In this document: piece after piece, positions 26,094-35,326 of the stretch
Position numbering within the stretch: position 1 is the first letter of the stretch
How the letters are laid out: every line of letters begins with the position of its first letter
Assembly: GCA_964476065.1 (NCBI GenBank)
Contig: CAYYYX010000003.1
Span: forward strand, 1,906-65,905
Length of the DNA stretch: 64,000 nt
DNA from: an uncultured Verrucomicrobiota bacterium
GTDB lineage: Bacteria > Verrucomicrobiota > Kiritimatiellia > Kiritimatiellales > Tichowtungiaceae
Reading direction: 5' to 3'
Notes under the pieces: model-generated
Database searches by the model: none
What the model saw: the letters and a program-made list of their open reading frames with translations, nothing else
What the model was told of the DNA's origin: nothing
Program-made: the position numbers and the translations under genes

Positions 26094-26603
26094 ATGAAAA
26101 TCGGAATCATATCAGATACACACGGCCAAGTTGATTTGGCCCTCAGTGCGGCCCGCGAATTCGTTTTTCGGGGGACAGAGGCCGTTCTTCACTGCGGTGA
26201 TATCGGTTGCGACATGGTGCTCACGGAAATGGCCGCTCTGTTCCAAACCCTGGAAATCCGACTTTATGTGGTGCTGGGCAACTGCGATGTGGTGGAACGG
26301 TGGGACTTTTATCCCGAAGATATCGGCGTGGAGGTTCTCGGGCGTTTCGGGGAAATCGAATTGGCCGGTAAAAAAATCGCGATCGTGCACAGCGATGACG
26401 CGCGCGCCTTTGAGCAGGCGGCAGATGCGGATCAATACGATTATCTTTTTTCCGGGCACACACATGTCCGGCACGATAAACGGGAAAAACGGACCCGCTT
26501 GATCAACCCCGGTGCGGCCGGACGCGGAATGCACCCTTCTTGTGCCGTGCTCGATCTCGTCGAAGACGAACTCGAATTCTTCACGATTCACAGAAGCGAA
26601 TAA
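26094..26603 (+). CDS. YfcE/MJ0936-family metallophosphoesterase
   Basis: MKIGIISDTHGQ...HCGDI...GNCD...SGHTH. Confidence 0.8.
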   Translation: MKIGIISDTHGQVDLALSAAREFVFRGTEAVLHCGDIGCDMVLTEMAALFQTLEIRLYVVLGNCDVVERWDFYPEDIGVEVLGRFGEIELAGKKIAIVHSDDARAFEQAADADQYDYLFSGHTHVRHDKREKRTRLINPGAAGRGMHPSCAVLDLVEDELEFFTIHRSE

Positions 26604-27693
26604 GTTCTTCGGCAATCATCTCTGCACCCCCGGATTCGAGGGTTTGTGTCGGCTCAGGGGCGGTTTTGATTTTTTCCAAACAGCGAAAAAAATCTCCGGC
26701 GTAAAGTTGCGCCGAGGGGAGGTGAACATTTTTGAGGTATTTCTCGATCCCTTCGACCAGATACGGGTATTCGGCGAAGTCGCCGCGGTCCGAATAAATG
26801 AGCGGCTTATGGTTCACAATGCACTCCGAGACCAGCCCGAACCCCGGCTTGCTGATGATGATGTCGCACGATGCCAGAATGTCGGCAAACGAGACAGCAT
26901 CTCGATCAATCGAGTGAATGCAAGACCCCTCGTAGTGGAGCGGCTCGACACAGAAGAACTCGTAGTCATCGCTAAGTGTACGAATATTTTCCAAGTCCTG
27001 GCTATTTAAGTCTAGCGAGGCGAACGAGAGAAGCACCCAGGGTTTATCCGCCTGTGGTGGAGCGCTGGTTCCAGTTTCAAGTTTCAAGTTTCGAATTTCC
27101 GTTCGGCGAGCCCGTCCAGGGCTAGCCAGCAGGGGAATATCTTTTCGGTTGGGGAAAACCTCCATGGGCGGTGCAAAGGGTAGGCGGAGGAGTAAGTCGG
27201 TCTTCTCGTAAACGGCACGGAATTTTTCGACAAAAAACTCCCAGTGAAAATCTTCTTTTGCGTAGGCCTCATAAATCCAGTCCCACGAAAAATTTCCAAT
27301 GGCAACATTTGGGATGCGGGCGCGCTGTGCGGAAAGCAGAGGGATGGCGGGAATATCGGCGACAACCAGCGCGACCTCCTCGGCCTTGAAAAACCGTCGT
27401 TCCTCGGCGCTCAGCACCTCGTCTTTCGCGTAGAGGGTTTCGAGTTTTTCCAAGGTTTGGAAAAGGTCGCTATGAATCGAATCTTTTTGGACGAGACCCA
27501 CATCGAATGCGCCCTGACGAAATGTGAGGTTGTCGCATCCGACGAGACGGCTGTTGAGAAAGTCGCGCGGCAGATCCGTGGTGACGATTACGGGCTGGTC
27601 GGGTGCGAGACGGTGTAACGCGCGAAGCACATCGCAGGAGCGCGTGCCGTGTCCGTAGCCGTGAGCGGTAATGTAGTAGGCAATCGGTTTCAT
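26581..27693 (-). CDS. GT-B-fold glycosyltransferase-like protein (family unresolved)
   Basis: 370 aa. N-terminus YYITAHGYGHGTRSCDVLRAL resembles GT1/GT28-like and arabinokinase N-domain proteins. C-terminus IISKPGFGLVSE. Confidence 0.5.
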   Translation of the reverse strand: MKPIAYYITAHGYGHGTRSCDVLRALHRLAPDQPVIVTTDLPRDFLNSRLVGCDNLTFRQGAFDVGLVQKDSIHSDLFQTLEKLETLYAKDEVLSAEERRFFKAEEVALVVADIPAIPLLSAQRARIPNVAIGNFSWDWIYEAYAKEDFHWEFFVEKFRAVYEKTDLLLRLPFAPPMEVFPNRKDIPLLASPGRARRTEIRNLKLETGTSAPPQADKPWVLLSFASLDLNSQDLENIRTLSDDYEFFCVEPLHYEGSCIHSIDRDAVSFADILASCDIIISKPGFGLVSECIVNHKPLIYSDRGDFAEYPYLVEGIEKYLKNVHLPSAQLYAGDFFRCLEKIKTAPEPTQTLESGGAEMIAEELIRFCES

Positions 27694-27767
27694 AGAGAAA
27701 TATTTCTACAGAATACCAACTGCGAATGAACGCCAATTCATGCAGATATTCAGGATGGGAACAGTTA

Positions 27768-27849
27768 ACAAAATCATTAACAGCAAAATTATAATTCAAT
27801 CTTCTCAGGTGGTTTCTCGAAAAAATGATTTTGCTGTTAATGATTTTGT
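27768..27849. repeat. Perfect 22-bp AT-rich inverted repeat (acaaaatcattaacagcaaaat / attttgctgttaatgattttgt) with a 38-nt spacer in a divergent promoter region
   Basis: Arms at 27768-27789 and 27828-27849, read directly. Confidence 0.8.
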
Positions 27850-27885
27850 GAAAATTCTTTAGAGTTCCGACAAGGAGACCGAAAA

Positions 27886-28626
27886 ATGAAAAATCCGTTA
27901 CTGGCCTATGAAAATGTTGATTTTTTAAAAACCGAACCGTGTCGAGAAGTGCGGTTGCAATTGGAGCATTTGCACCCTGAGGTCATGATGAGCCAGCAGA
28001 AGATTAACTCGACGATCGTGCTGTTCGGGAGCGCGCGGATTCCCTCGCCCGAAGAGGCTGAAAAAAATCCAGAATCCAAAGGGGCAAAACTCACTCCGTT
28101 CTATGAAGAGGCGCGTAAGCTGGCACGAATCGTCAGCAGCACCTGCCAAACGAACCATGAGTGCGAGTATGTCATCGTCACCGGTGGCGGTGGCGGGATC
28201 ATGGAGGCCGGAAATCGCGGTGCGGATGATGTGGGCTGCAAATCGGTCGCGCTCAATGTGGAACTCCCATTTGAACAACATCCCAATGACTATGTCACCC
28301 AAGACCTCTGCTTCAATTTCCACTATTTTCACATGCGTAAAATGCATTTCATGCAGCGCGCCAAAGCGTTTTGTATTTTCCCAGGTGGGTTTGGCACCTT
28401 CGACGAACTCTTCGAAGCCCTCACCCTGATTCAGACAAAAAAAATTGAACCCATGCCCGTGATTCTTTTTGGTTCCGAACATTGGAAACGGCTCATCGAC
28501 TGGGAGTATCTGGCCGAGTGCGAGCTGATCGGCCCGAACGATATGGATCTGATTACCTTCTGCAACACCGCCGAGGATGCCTGGAAAACGATTGCCGAGT
28601 TTTATGCAGAAGAACCTCTAGTCTGA
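27886..28626 (+). CDS. LOG-family/TIGR00730 Rossmann-fold nucleotide-binding protein (nucleotide 5'-monophosphate nucleosidase-like)
   Basis: VTGGGGGIMEAGNRGA and PGGFGTFDELFEALTLIQT motifs. Confidence 0.8.
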   Translation: MKNPLLAYENVDFLKTEPCREVRLQLEHLHPEVMMSQQKINSTIVLFGSARIPSPEEAEKNPESKGAKLTPFYEEARKLARIVSSTCQTNHECEYVIVTGGGGGIMEAGNRGADDVGCKSVALNVELPFEQHPNDYVTQDLCFNFHYFHMRKMHFMQRAKAFCIFPGGFGTFDELFEALTLIQTKKIEPMPVILFGSEHWKRLIDWEYLAECELIGPNDMDLITFCNTAEDAWKTIAEFYAEEPLV

Positions 28627-29460
28627 TTCGCGGAGATAGCTGGAAAAACTCCGCTTACCCCGTGTTTCGGTCGGGAGGTCAAGGGTCGACATAAAGACGA
28701 TCAGTTTTCCCATGGCATGAGAGCTTTTTGCAAACGGTCGGAGCACCTTTAAAAAGAATTCACAGAGCCCTTGTGGAAACTTCAGGATCAGCGGTTTTTT
28801 GCCGTAGTGCTCAAAGCACGTTTGGCAGATTTCGTTCCAGGTCATGTCTTCTGGTCCGCCGATATCAATGACTCGGTTGGCCTGCGTGTCGAGGTCTTCA
28901 ACCATGACCTCAGCCAAGTCCCTTGCATCAATCGGTGTGAAATGGTTATGACCGTTTCCAATCACAAACATCGACCCTTTTTGGGCCATTTCTCCCATCG
29001 CTTTGAGATCGGAGAAAAATCCGCCGGAGCGGAAGATAAGCCACTCGATGGGGCTTCGCTTGAGTTCGCTTTCAAATAGGTGTTTTGCCTTGAGCAATGG
29101 GACGCTGCCTTTTCCTTCGTCCACACCGGCCGGAGAAATGAAACCGAACTTTTTTACGCCGGCTTTTTCCGCTTCGCGCAGCAGGTTCACATTCCCCAAA
29201 TAGTCCACATCGATGTGTGCGAGGTTCCCTTTGAGTCGGGTGATGCCAATGCAGGAAATGATCAGCTCCATTCCTTCGCAGAGCCCGGCAAGGGTTTCGG
29301 GACGGGTGACATCTCCGGTCACCATTTGAAGATGGGGGTGTTCCATTCCTTCGAACTCGCTCGCCGAGAAGGCCAGAGCGCGTACGTGATCGCCGCGCTC
29401 TAGATAGAGGGTGCATAGGTTGCGTCCGAGAATTCCAACGCCGGCAATGAGTACGTTCAT
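28618..29460 (-). CDS. NAD(P)-binding NmrA/atypical-SDR-like protein
   Basis: 280 aa. MNVLIAGVGILGRNL Rossmann N-terminus. Confidence 0.6.
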   Translation of the reverse strand: MNVLIAGVGILGRNLCTLYLERGDHVRALAFSASEFEGMEHPHLQMVTGDVTRPETLAGLCEGMELIISCIGITRLKGNLAHIDVDYLGNVNLLREAEKAGVKKFGFISPAGVDEGKGSVPLLKAKHLFESELKRSPIEWLIFRSGGFFSDLKAMGEMAQKGSMFVIGNGHNHFTPIDARDLAEVMVEDLDTQANRVIDIGGPEDMTWNEICQTCFEHYGKKPLILKFPQGLCEFFLKVLRPFAKSSHAMGKLIVFMSTLDLPTETRGKRSFSSYLRESD

Positions 29461-29516
29461 GGGGTTCCTTTCGATACCTTGTTTTTAAATCCGATCATAT
29501 TTACACCGCTTTTTTT

Positions 29517-29598
29517 GATCGCGAATCTCACGAATTTACGCGAATCACATCCAGATTATATTTTTATTCATTCGCGTCAATTCGCGCAATTCGCGATC
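29517..29598. repeat. Imperfect long palindrome made of CGCGAAT / ATTCGCG units
   Basis: gatcgcgaatctcacgaatttacgcgaat ... attcgcgtcaattcgcgcaattcgcgatc, in the 182-nt gap between two same-strand genes. Confidence 0.7.
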
Positions 29599-29642
29599 CC
29601 AAACTTTTTATATTTTTTGGGTTCCAGCTTGTCCGGGTGGGT

Positions 29643-30293
29643 CTATAAGTCGTATTGAATCACCCACTCCGTAGAGGGGAGAGTCAGTTTCACTTCGCGG
29701 TAGTGGTCGGAGAGTTTTCCTTTGTCTTCGGCCAATTCGCCCAGACAGATGATTTTATAGGCCCTGCATTCTTTGAGGCCGGAGGCCTTAAGAAACTCCT
29801 TGGTTTTAACCAGCATCGAAACCACGCCTTCGAGCTTCCCGTCTATGATAATCGGGTAGCGCATCGCAATCAGATGGATCGGCTGAGTGAGACTATGTCC
29901 CGGCTCGCTGAGCTGCGGTGCGGGGGCTTCGTCCATCTGTTTCCAGAAGGCTTTCAACTGTTTGACTTTTTTAAGATCGAACCCCCGGGCGCCGAGTAGG
30001 GCGTTGATCTTGAAGTAGGTCTGGCGAATCACGTAGTCGGTGTCGATGAGCGTGCCACCAAAAAATCCGGGTGTGGCTTCCTTGCACGGTTTCATGATTT
30101 TGCGGAAGGTTTTGACCGTGGGCTTTTGGGCCGCGATGTTTCCGAGTCGCGCGAAGGACTCTGTAAAATATTTTTCGGCGGCGATGCCAATGGAATCCTC
30201 GGTTTGAGCGGCCTGAACGGCGAGGGCACTGATCAGCAGGGTGAACCCAATGAAAGAGGATTTCAGGGGTCGGGGTGGGATGAGACGCTTCAT
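29643..30293 (-). CDS. Hypothetical exported protein
   Basis: 216 aa with signal peptide (FIGFTLLISALAVQAAQ). No family recognised. Start overlaps the upstream methyltransferase stop. Confidence 0.5.
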   Translation of the reverse strand: MKRLIPPRPLKSSFIGFTLLISALAVQAAQTEDSIGIAAEKYFTESFARLGNIAAQKPTVKTFRKIMKPCKEATPGFFGGTLIDTDYVIRQTYFKINALLGARGFDLKKVKQLKAFWKQMDEAPAPQLSEPGHSLTQPIHLIAMRYPIIIDGKLEGVVSMLVKTKEFLKASGLKECRAYKIICLGELAEDKGKLSDHYREVKLTLPSTEWVIQYDL

Positions 30294-30973
30294 GATGTTT
30301 CCTCCTTGGTGAGTTCAAAAACGGTGATGTATCCCGAGTGGTGAGAACATTCGGTCCAGCTAAACGGGCTCTCATCGAATGCTTCGCGCAGTTTGCCGTC
30401 GATATTTTCGGCAATTTCATTCTGCTGGAAAAGCCAGTGACCGGAGCGCGCGCAGAGCGAGCCGAACCAGGTGGTGGGGACGTCGACATCGACGATCAGG
30501 AAGCGCCCGCCGGGTTTCAGCACGCGGGCCACTTCAGCCAGTACTTTCTTTTTCAGCTCAAAGTGAATGTGGTGGAAAAAGAAGGTGGAGACCGCCGCAT
30601 CGAATTTGCCAGACGGATAGGGAAGCTCTTCGGCGATCGCGGCAGTAAATCGAATATTGGGGATTTTAGATGATTTGATCCGGGCGATTTTGACCATCTC
30701 CTCGGCGGCATCTAGGCCGATGCAAAGCGAGCGGGTTTTGTTGGAGAGCGCGTTGGCAATGTCGCGCGTTAGCGTACCGGTGCCGCAGCCGATATCGAGA
30801 ACCTGTTCCTCGCCGCGTAGCGCGAGGTGGTCGATGACGATGCGGTGGTAGCGCCGCTCGAGGCCAAGGGTCATGATGGGTGCGAGGAGATCGTAGACCG
30901 CGGCGGCGTGGTCGAGGGTGACCCCTTCGGTGCGCTGAGCCACTTCGGATTGGGCATGTTGCTTTTTATGCAT
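30290..30973 (-). CDS. Class I SAM-dependent methyltransferase (UbiE/COQ5-like)
   Basis: VLDIGCGTGTLTRDI motif I. ...LKPGGRFLIVD. Confidence 0.75.
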   Translation of the reverse strand: MHKKQHAQSEVAQRTEGVTLDHAAAVYDLLAPIMTLGLERRYHRIVIDHLALRGEEQVLDIGCGTGTLTRDIANALSNKTRSLCIGLDAAEEMVKIARIKSSKIPNIRFTAAIAEELPYPSGKFDAAVSTFFFHHIHFELKKKVLAEVARVLKPGGRFLIVDVDVPTTWFGSLCARSGHWLFQQNEIAENIDGKLREAFDESPFSWTECSHHSGYITVFELTKEETS

Positions 30974-32024
30974 ACTTCAAGTCCTGCAGGTCGAGTACGG
31001 TGAACATGGATGCGGCTAAATTTTCTGCCAGTTTCGGACGAATCCCAAGGCCCATTTCGCCAAGCGTTGTCAGCCCGTCACGCATCATGCCGAACCCGAG
31101 TTGGGCAGCGGGAATGGCAACCTGCGGAACTTCCAAATAAAGCCGATCGCCGACGGATAGCTCGCGGTTTTCCAAGGTTTGGAAACCGACTGAGTCGGAG
31201 CATTTTGTTTTTTCCAAGGGTTGGAAAAAACCGGGCTGGGCTTTCCAGAGCGTGGAAAGCAGGTAGTTATGGCGCTGTTCGATGTGGTCGCGGGCGAGGT
31301 CGCGGATGTCATCGAGCACTTGGCATCCAATGCCAAACTGAAGCATCGCCTCTTTCAGTGCGGTGGCGCGCTTGCGGTCAAGATGCGGTTCGATCACTTC
31401 CGGCCCGAGAAACGCGACGTTAAAGAGAATGCCGGTTTTATAGCGGTGGATGACATTAAGCACGTGTTCTGGATCGGGGCGTTCGGTGACGCCTTCTTCT
31501 TCGCTGGCTTCCTGCGCGGCGCTGGGGAGAAGAATTTGAAGGGAGCGGTCGGAAAGTTCCTGTGCCTGCGCGGCGGTCAGGGCGCCGGTCTCGCGACCTT
31601 CGGCGAGCAGTTGTTGAAAGATGCGGTCGGCCGTCATAATGGAAACCACTTGCCGCATCACACGCGAGGATCCGGGCATCTGAATGGGGATCACCACTTT
31701 GTCTTCATCGTCGAGCAGGTTGTCGGCACTTGTCACCCAGATGCGAAAGAGGTGAATCAGCTTTCCATAAAAGAGGCGGTGCTGTGGGTCGCAGTCCATT
31801 AGGTGATACACCGACTGAAAGAGGGTGGAGAAAATATTTTTGCGCAGGGCGTAGAACGAATCGGGAATGGAATCCATCGAAACGGTGTACTCGGCGGGGG
31901 TGCCCGCTGGGACACTTAGAACGCGATCCGCCGTGCCATAAACCGATTTAATAGCCGTCCGTTGTTCGTCGAACGCCGCTTTAAAGAGTCGGCCCGCATT
32001 CCAAAGTTCTGTCCAGTTTTGCAT
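30966..32024 (-). CDS. Divergent class-I isoprenoid synthase-fold protein (polyprenyl-synthase-like)
   Basis: 352 aa. Two Asp-rich blocks in polyprenyl-synthase-like contexts: TSADNLLDDEDKV and FGIGCQVLDDIRDLARD. Confidence 0.35.
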   Translation of the reverse strand: MQNWTELWNAGRLFKAAFDEQRTAIKSVYGTADRVLSVPAGTPAEYTVSMDSIPDSFYALRKNIFSTLFQSVYHLMDCDPQHRLFYGKLIHLFRIWVTSADNLLDDEDKVVIPIQMPGSSRVMRQVVSIMTADRIFQQLLAEGRETGALTAAQAQELSDRSLQILLPSAAQEASEEEGVTERPDPEHVLNVIHRYKTGILFNVAFLGPEVIEPHLDRKRATALKEAMLQFGIGCQVLDDIRDLARDHIEQRHNYLLSTLWKAQPGFFQPLEKTKCSDSVGFQTLENRELSVGDRLYLEVPQVAIPAAQLGFGMMRDGLTTLGEMGLGIRPKLAENLAASMFTVLDLQDLKYA

Positions 32025-32083
32025 ATACCGACCATTTTAGTCTGATATTCGGTTTGATCGACTAAAATAGTGTTAGAGTTTCG

Positions 32084-32632
32084 TTAGGAATGGAGGAGGG
32101 CGCCCATCAGCCAAAGGCTCATGCCGAGGGTTAGAGCCGTCTTTAGAAAAAGAATGGAGAGCCGGGCCCAGACGGCTCCGCGGGCGATATGTGCCGCTTC
32201 AGCATGTTTTTTTGCCAACAGGGCTTCCGCCACATAGGCCAGCGCGAACGAGCCAAGCAGCATGCCAATCACTGTTCCAAGGATTGGAAAAATGGCGGAT
32301 CCAACCATTGCGCCGAGCAGTCCTCCGAGTAGAGCCGCCCATCCCGCCCGTTTGGAGCCGCCGCGTTTCTGAACCCCCCATAAGCCTGCCAGTGCCTCCA
32401 ATGCTTCCGTGGCGATACAGAGTAGGGCGAAGACGATTAGGGTTCCAAGGGTTGGAACCCCAATGGAAAGTTTTGTGATGAGTGCGGCGAGCAAAACCAT
32501 CCAGGTTCCCGAAAAAGCGAGCGAGGAGAGGATCAGGCCGATGCTACAAAGGACAAGGGTCAGGATGAAAAGAAGAACAGTGATCATAATGATTTGAGCA
32601 TTGAGGGTTTCGGTCCTCACGAATTTACTCAC
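32084..32632 (-). CDS. DUF456-family membrane protein
   Basis: 182 aa, Gly-rich TM segments ...GGSKRAGWAALLGGLLGAMVGSAIFPILGTVIG. Confidence 0.65.
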   Translation of the reverse strand: MSKFVRTETLNAQIIMITVLLFILTLVLCSIGLILSSLAFSGTWMVLLAALITKLSIGVPTLGTLIVFALLCIATEALEALAGLWGVQKRGGSKRAGWAALLGGLLGAMVGSAIFPILGTVIGMLLGSFALAYVAEALLAKKHAEAAHIARGAVWARLSILFLKTALTLGMSLWLMGALLHS

Positions 32633-32659
32633 GATCGTGAGTAGATTCGTGAGGTTCTG

Positions 32660-32956
32660 TCATGTTGATATTCCGATTTTTCGGATCAATTCTTGTTGGG
32701 TGAGTCCGGTAATTCGCAGTGTTTTGTGGCGGCTGGTTTCGCCCTGCTTCAATTGAATTTGTGATTTAGAGATGTGTAGCTCCTTGCTCAGAAAGCGGAT
32801 CAGGGCCTGATTGGCTTTGCCATCGACGGGTGCAGTCGTCAGCCGGATTTTCAGAGCCTGGTCATAAATACCCTGTATTTCATTTTTCGAGGCGCGCGGA
32901 ACCGCCCGGATTTTTATGTCGAGGCCCTCGGATGTCTCATTCAGCCATTCCAACAT
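32660..32956 (-). CDS. yggU: DUF167/YggU-family protein
   Basis: 98 aa. IKIRAVPRASKNEI...KIRLTTAPVDGKANQALIRFLSKEL. Confidence 0.8.
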   Translation of the reverse strand: MLEWLNETSEGLDIKIRAVPRASKNEIQGIYDQALKIRLTTAPVDGKANQALIRFLSKELHISKSQIQLKQGETSRHKTLRITGLTQQELIRKIGIST

Positions 32957-33027
32957 TGAACCCTCTTCTGCATTAGGTTAGAAACCAGAGTCTTTTGAAC
33001 CGAAAAACGATATCTGGAGAGAGCATC

Positions 33028-33912
33028 ATGGCAAAGATTTTGGATGGCAAAGCAATTTCAGCGGAAATCCGCGCAGAACTTAAAACCCGCGTGAGCGAAC
33101 TGGCGAAAGAGGGTGTCGTGCCCGGTCTGGCGGTTCTGCTCGTGGGCGACGACCCCGCATCGCGCTCGTATGTAACCGCCAAGGAGCGCGCCTGCGAAGA
33201 GGCCGGCATCTATTCTCGCGAGGTAAAACTTCCCTCGACGGCCTCGCAGGATGAAATTATGGACGTGGTCCGCGGATTTAATACCGACGATCAGATCAAT
33301 GGCATCCTCGTTCAGTTGCCGCTCCCGGACTCCGCGATGGAAGAGGCTGTGATTGAAGCGATTGACCCCGATAAAGACGTGGACGGATTCCACCCGATGA
33401 ATGTGGGTCGCATGATGATGGGACTGCCCGCATTTGTTCCCTGCACGCCGAATGGAATTTTGCACATTCTCAAACGCTCTGGCATCGAAACCTCCGGTGC
33501 GCACGTGGTCGTGATTGGCCGCAGCAATATTGTCGGACGCCCCATGGTCAATTTGCTCAGCCAGAAAACGGAGCTGGGGAACGCAACCGTCACAATGTGC
33601 CACACGCGCACCAAAAACATGGCGGACTTCACACGTCAGGCCGATATCGTGATTTCGGCCGTCGGCTGGCCCAACACCCTGACTGCGGATATGATTAAAG
33701 AGGGCGCAGTCGTCATTGATGTCGGCGTCAATCGCGTGGAAGACGACACGAAAAAACGTGGATACCGCCTGTGCGGAGATGTTGATTTTGAATCCGTCGC
33801 TGAAAAGGCTTCAGCCATTACGCCCGTGCCGGGCGGCGTTGGCCCCATGACCATCACGATGCTTCTGTCCAACACGGTGGAGTCTGCCGTGCGTCGCCAC
33901 GGAGCGGAGTAA
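33028..33912 (+). CDS. folD: Bifunctional 5,10-methylene-THF dehydrogenase/cyclohydrolase
   Basis: MAKILDGKAISAEIR...LVGDDPASRSYV...GILVQLPLP...VIGRSNIVGRP...PVPGGVGPMT. Confidence 0.92.
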   Translation: MAKILDGKAISAEIRAELKTRVSELAKEGVVPGLAVLLVGDDPASRSYVTAKERACEEAGIYSREVKLPSTASQDEIMDVVRGFNTDDQINGILVQLPLPDSAMEEAVIEAIDPDKDVDGFHPMNVGRMMMGLPAFVPCTPNGILHILKRSGIETSGAHVVVIGRSNIVGRPMVNLLSQKTELGNATVTMCHTRTKNMADFTRQADIVISAVGWPNTLTADMIKEGAVVIDVGVNRVEDDTKKRGYRLCGDVDFESVAEKASAITPVPGGVGPMTITMLLSNTVESAVRRHGAE

Positions 33913-33917
33913 ACCGT

Positions 33918-35042
33918 ATGCGCATACTGAACCGCTATATCGTTTTGGATTATCTGATCATCTTTTTGGGCGCGCTCGGGTTGATCACCTTCGTGATGAC
34001 CGTCGGCGCGCTTGTCAAAGCGGTGGACTTGATGTCGCGCGGAATTTCTCCGCTGTTGATCGCTAAATTCTTCTTCCAGAATGTGCCCTATATTCTTTCG
34101 TTCTCCATGCCCATCAGCACGCTCTTCGCGGCGCTGCTTCTTTTCGGGCGGTTATCGATGGATAATGAGATCAGCGCTATGAAGGCGTGCGGAATCAGTT
34201 TATGGCGCCTCGTGGCTCCGTTGGTTGTCCTCTCCATTTTGTTCAGCGGCATCTGCATGTATATCAACTGTGAAGTGGCGCCGGAGGCCAAATACGCCAA
34301 CAAAAAGCTGCTCCGAAGCGCCGGAGTGGAAGAACCGATCAACCTGCTCGAAGAAGGACGTTTCATCGACGATTTTCCGGGGCTGATGATTTATATCGGA
34401 CGCAAAAATGGAAACACCGTCAAAGATGTGGTGGCCTATGAGCTGGATAAAAAAGGCGGCATCAAACGCAGTGTGCGGGCCCGCGAAGGGGATTTGGTTC
34501 CGAACAACGAAGAGCGGACGCTGACGGTCAATCTTCGCGATGTGCGCATGGAAATGCCCGACGCAGACGACCCGCGCGATGTCTCTAAAACCACCTACGT
34601 CAACGCAGAGAGCTATCCGATCAAGCTAGATTTCAACAAGATGCTCAAAAGCGATTCGGTGAGGCGGAAGCGAAGCCATATGAAAATGGGGATGCTCATC
34701 GATCACATTCGAAATATCGACCGTGAGTTTCCGCTTCTGCCACCGGATCAACAGCGCGTCCAGAAAACTCGATTGGTCATCGAGGCCAACCGTCGAGTTT
34801 CCACTGCGATCGGGTGTTTCACCTTCATGCTCATTGGAATTCCGCTCGGTGTAAAATCGCACCGCAAAGAAACTTCTATCGGCATGGTCATGAGTTTGGG
34901 AATCGTCTTCGCGTACTACATCTTCATCGTCGTCGCCAAAGCGCTTGCCGACTATCCGGATTTGCATCCCAACCTGATTCTCTGGCTTCCCATGCTCGGG
35001 CTTCAGCTTCTCGGAATCCACCTCATACGCCGCTCCAGCTAA
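33918..35042 (+). CDS. LptF/LptG-family LPS export permease
   Basis: 374 aa. MRILNRYIVLDYLIIFLGALGLITFVM. YjgP/YjgQ topology. Confidence 0.8.
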   Translation: MRILNRYIVLDYLIIFLGALGLITFVMTVGALVKAVDLMSRGISPLLIAKFFFQNVPYILSFSMPISTLFAALLLFGRLSMDNEISAMKACGISLWRLVAPLVVLSILFSGICMYINCEVAPEAKYANKKLLRSAGVEEPINLLEEGRFIDDFPGLMIYIGRKNGNTVKDVVAYELDKKGGIKRSVRAREGDLVPNNEERTLTVNLRDVRMEMPDADDPRDVSKTTYVNAESYPIKLDFNKMLKSDSVRRKRSHMKMGMLIDHIRNIDREFPLLPPDQQRVQKTRLVIEANRRVSTAIGCFTFMLIGIPLGVKSHRKETSIGMVMSLGIVFAYYIFIVVAKALADYPDLHPNLILWLPMLGLQLLGIHLIRRSS

Positions 35043-35069
35043 CCGGAAGAAAAAGTTCCACCGCCATTC

Positions 35070-35136
35070 AGGTAGGGCATTTTCGCCGGAAGCACCGCGG
35101 ACAGCTCGGCGAGCTGTCCCTACCCATGTGTAGGAC
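35070..35136. repeat. REP-like inverted doublet (GTAGGGC... / ...GTCCCTAC)
   Basis: aggtagggcattttcgccggaagcaccgcgg acagctcggcgagctgtccctacc, then tgtgtaggac. Confidence 0.55.
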
Positions 35137-35326
35137 TTATACGAAATAAAGTTGATTGAGATTGTTCCACGCAAAGGCGCAAAGAGCGCAGAGCAATTTC
35201 TTGTTTCTCTTTGCGTGCTCTGCGTCTTGAGTGAGCAGGGCGAACGGGCGTGGGATAAATACTGTTCAAGTTAATTGGGTATTAATTCGTGAAATGTTCT
35301 GGGCCAAAGGGGGCCTTTTTTGGTTC

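Noticed and set aside
35171-35228. gcaaaggcgcaaagagcgcagagc ... ctctttgcgtgctctgcg as a hairpin or terminator after the lptF/G-family gene.
   Set aside because: The complementary blocks are in A-B...A'-B' order, not nested, so a simple stem-loop does not form. I note it only as another simple-repeat patch.
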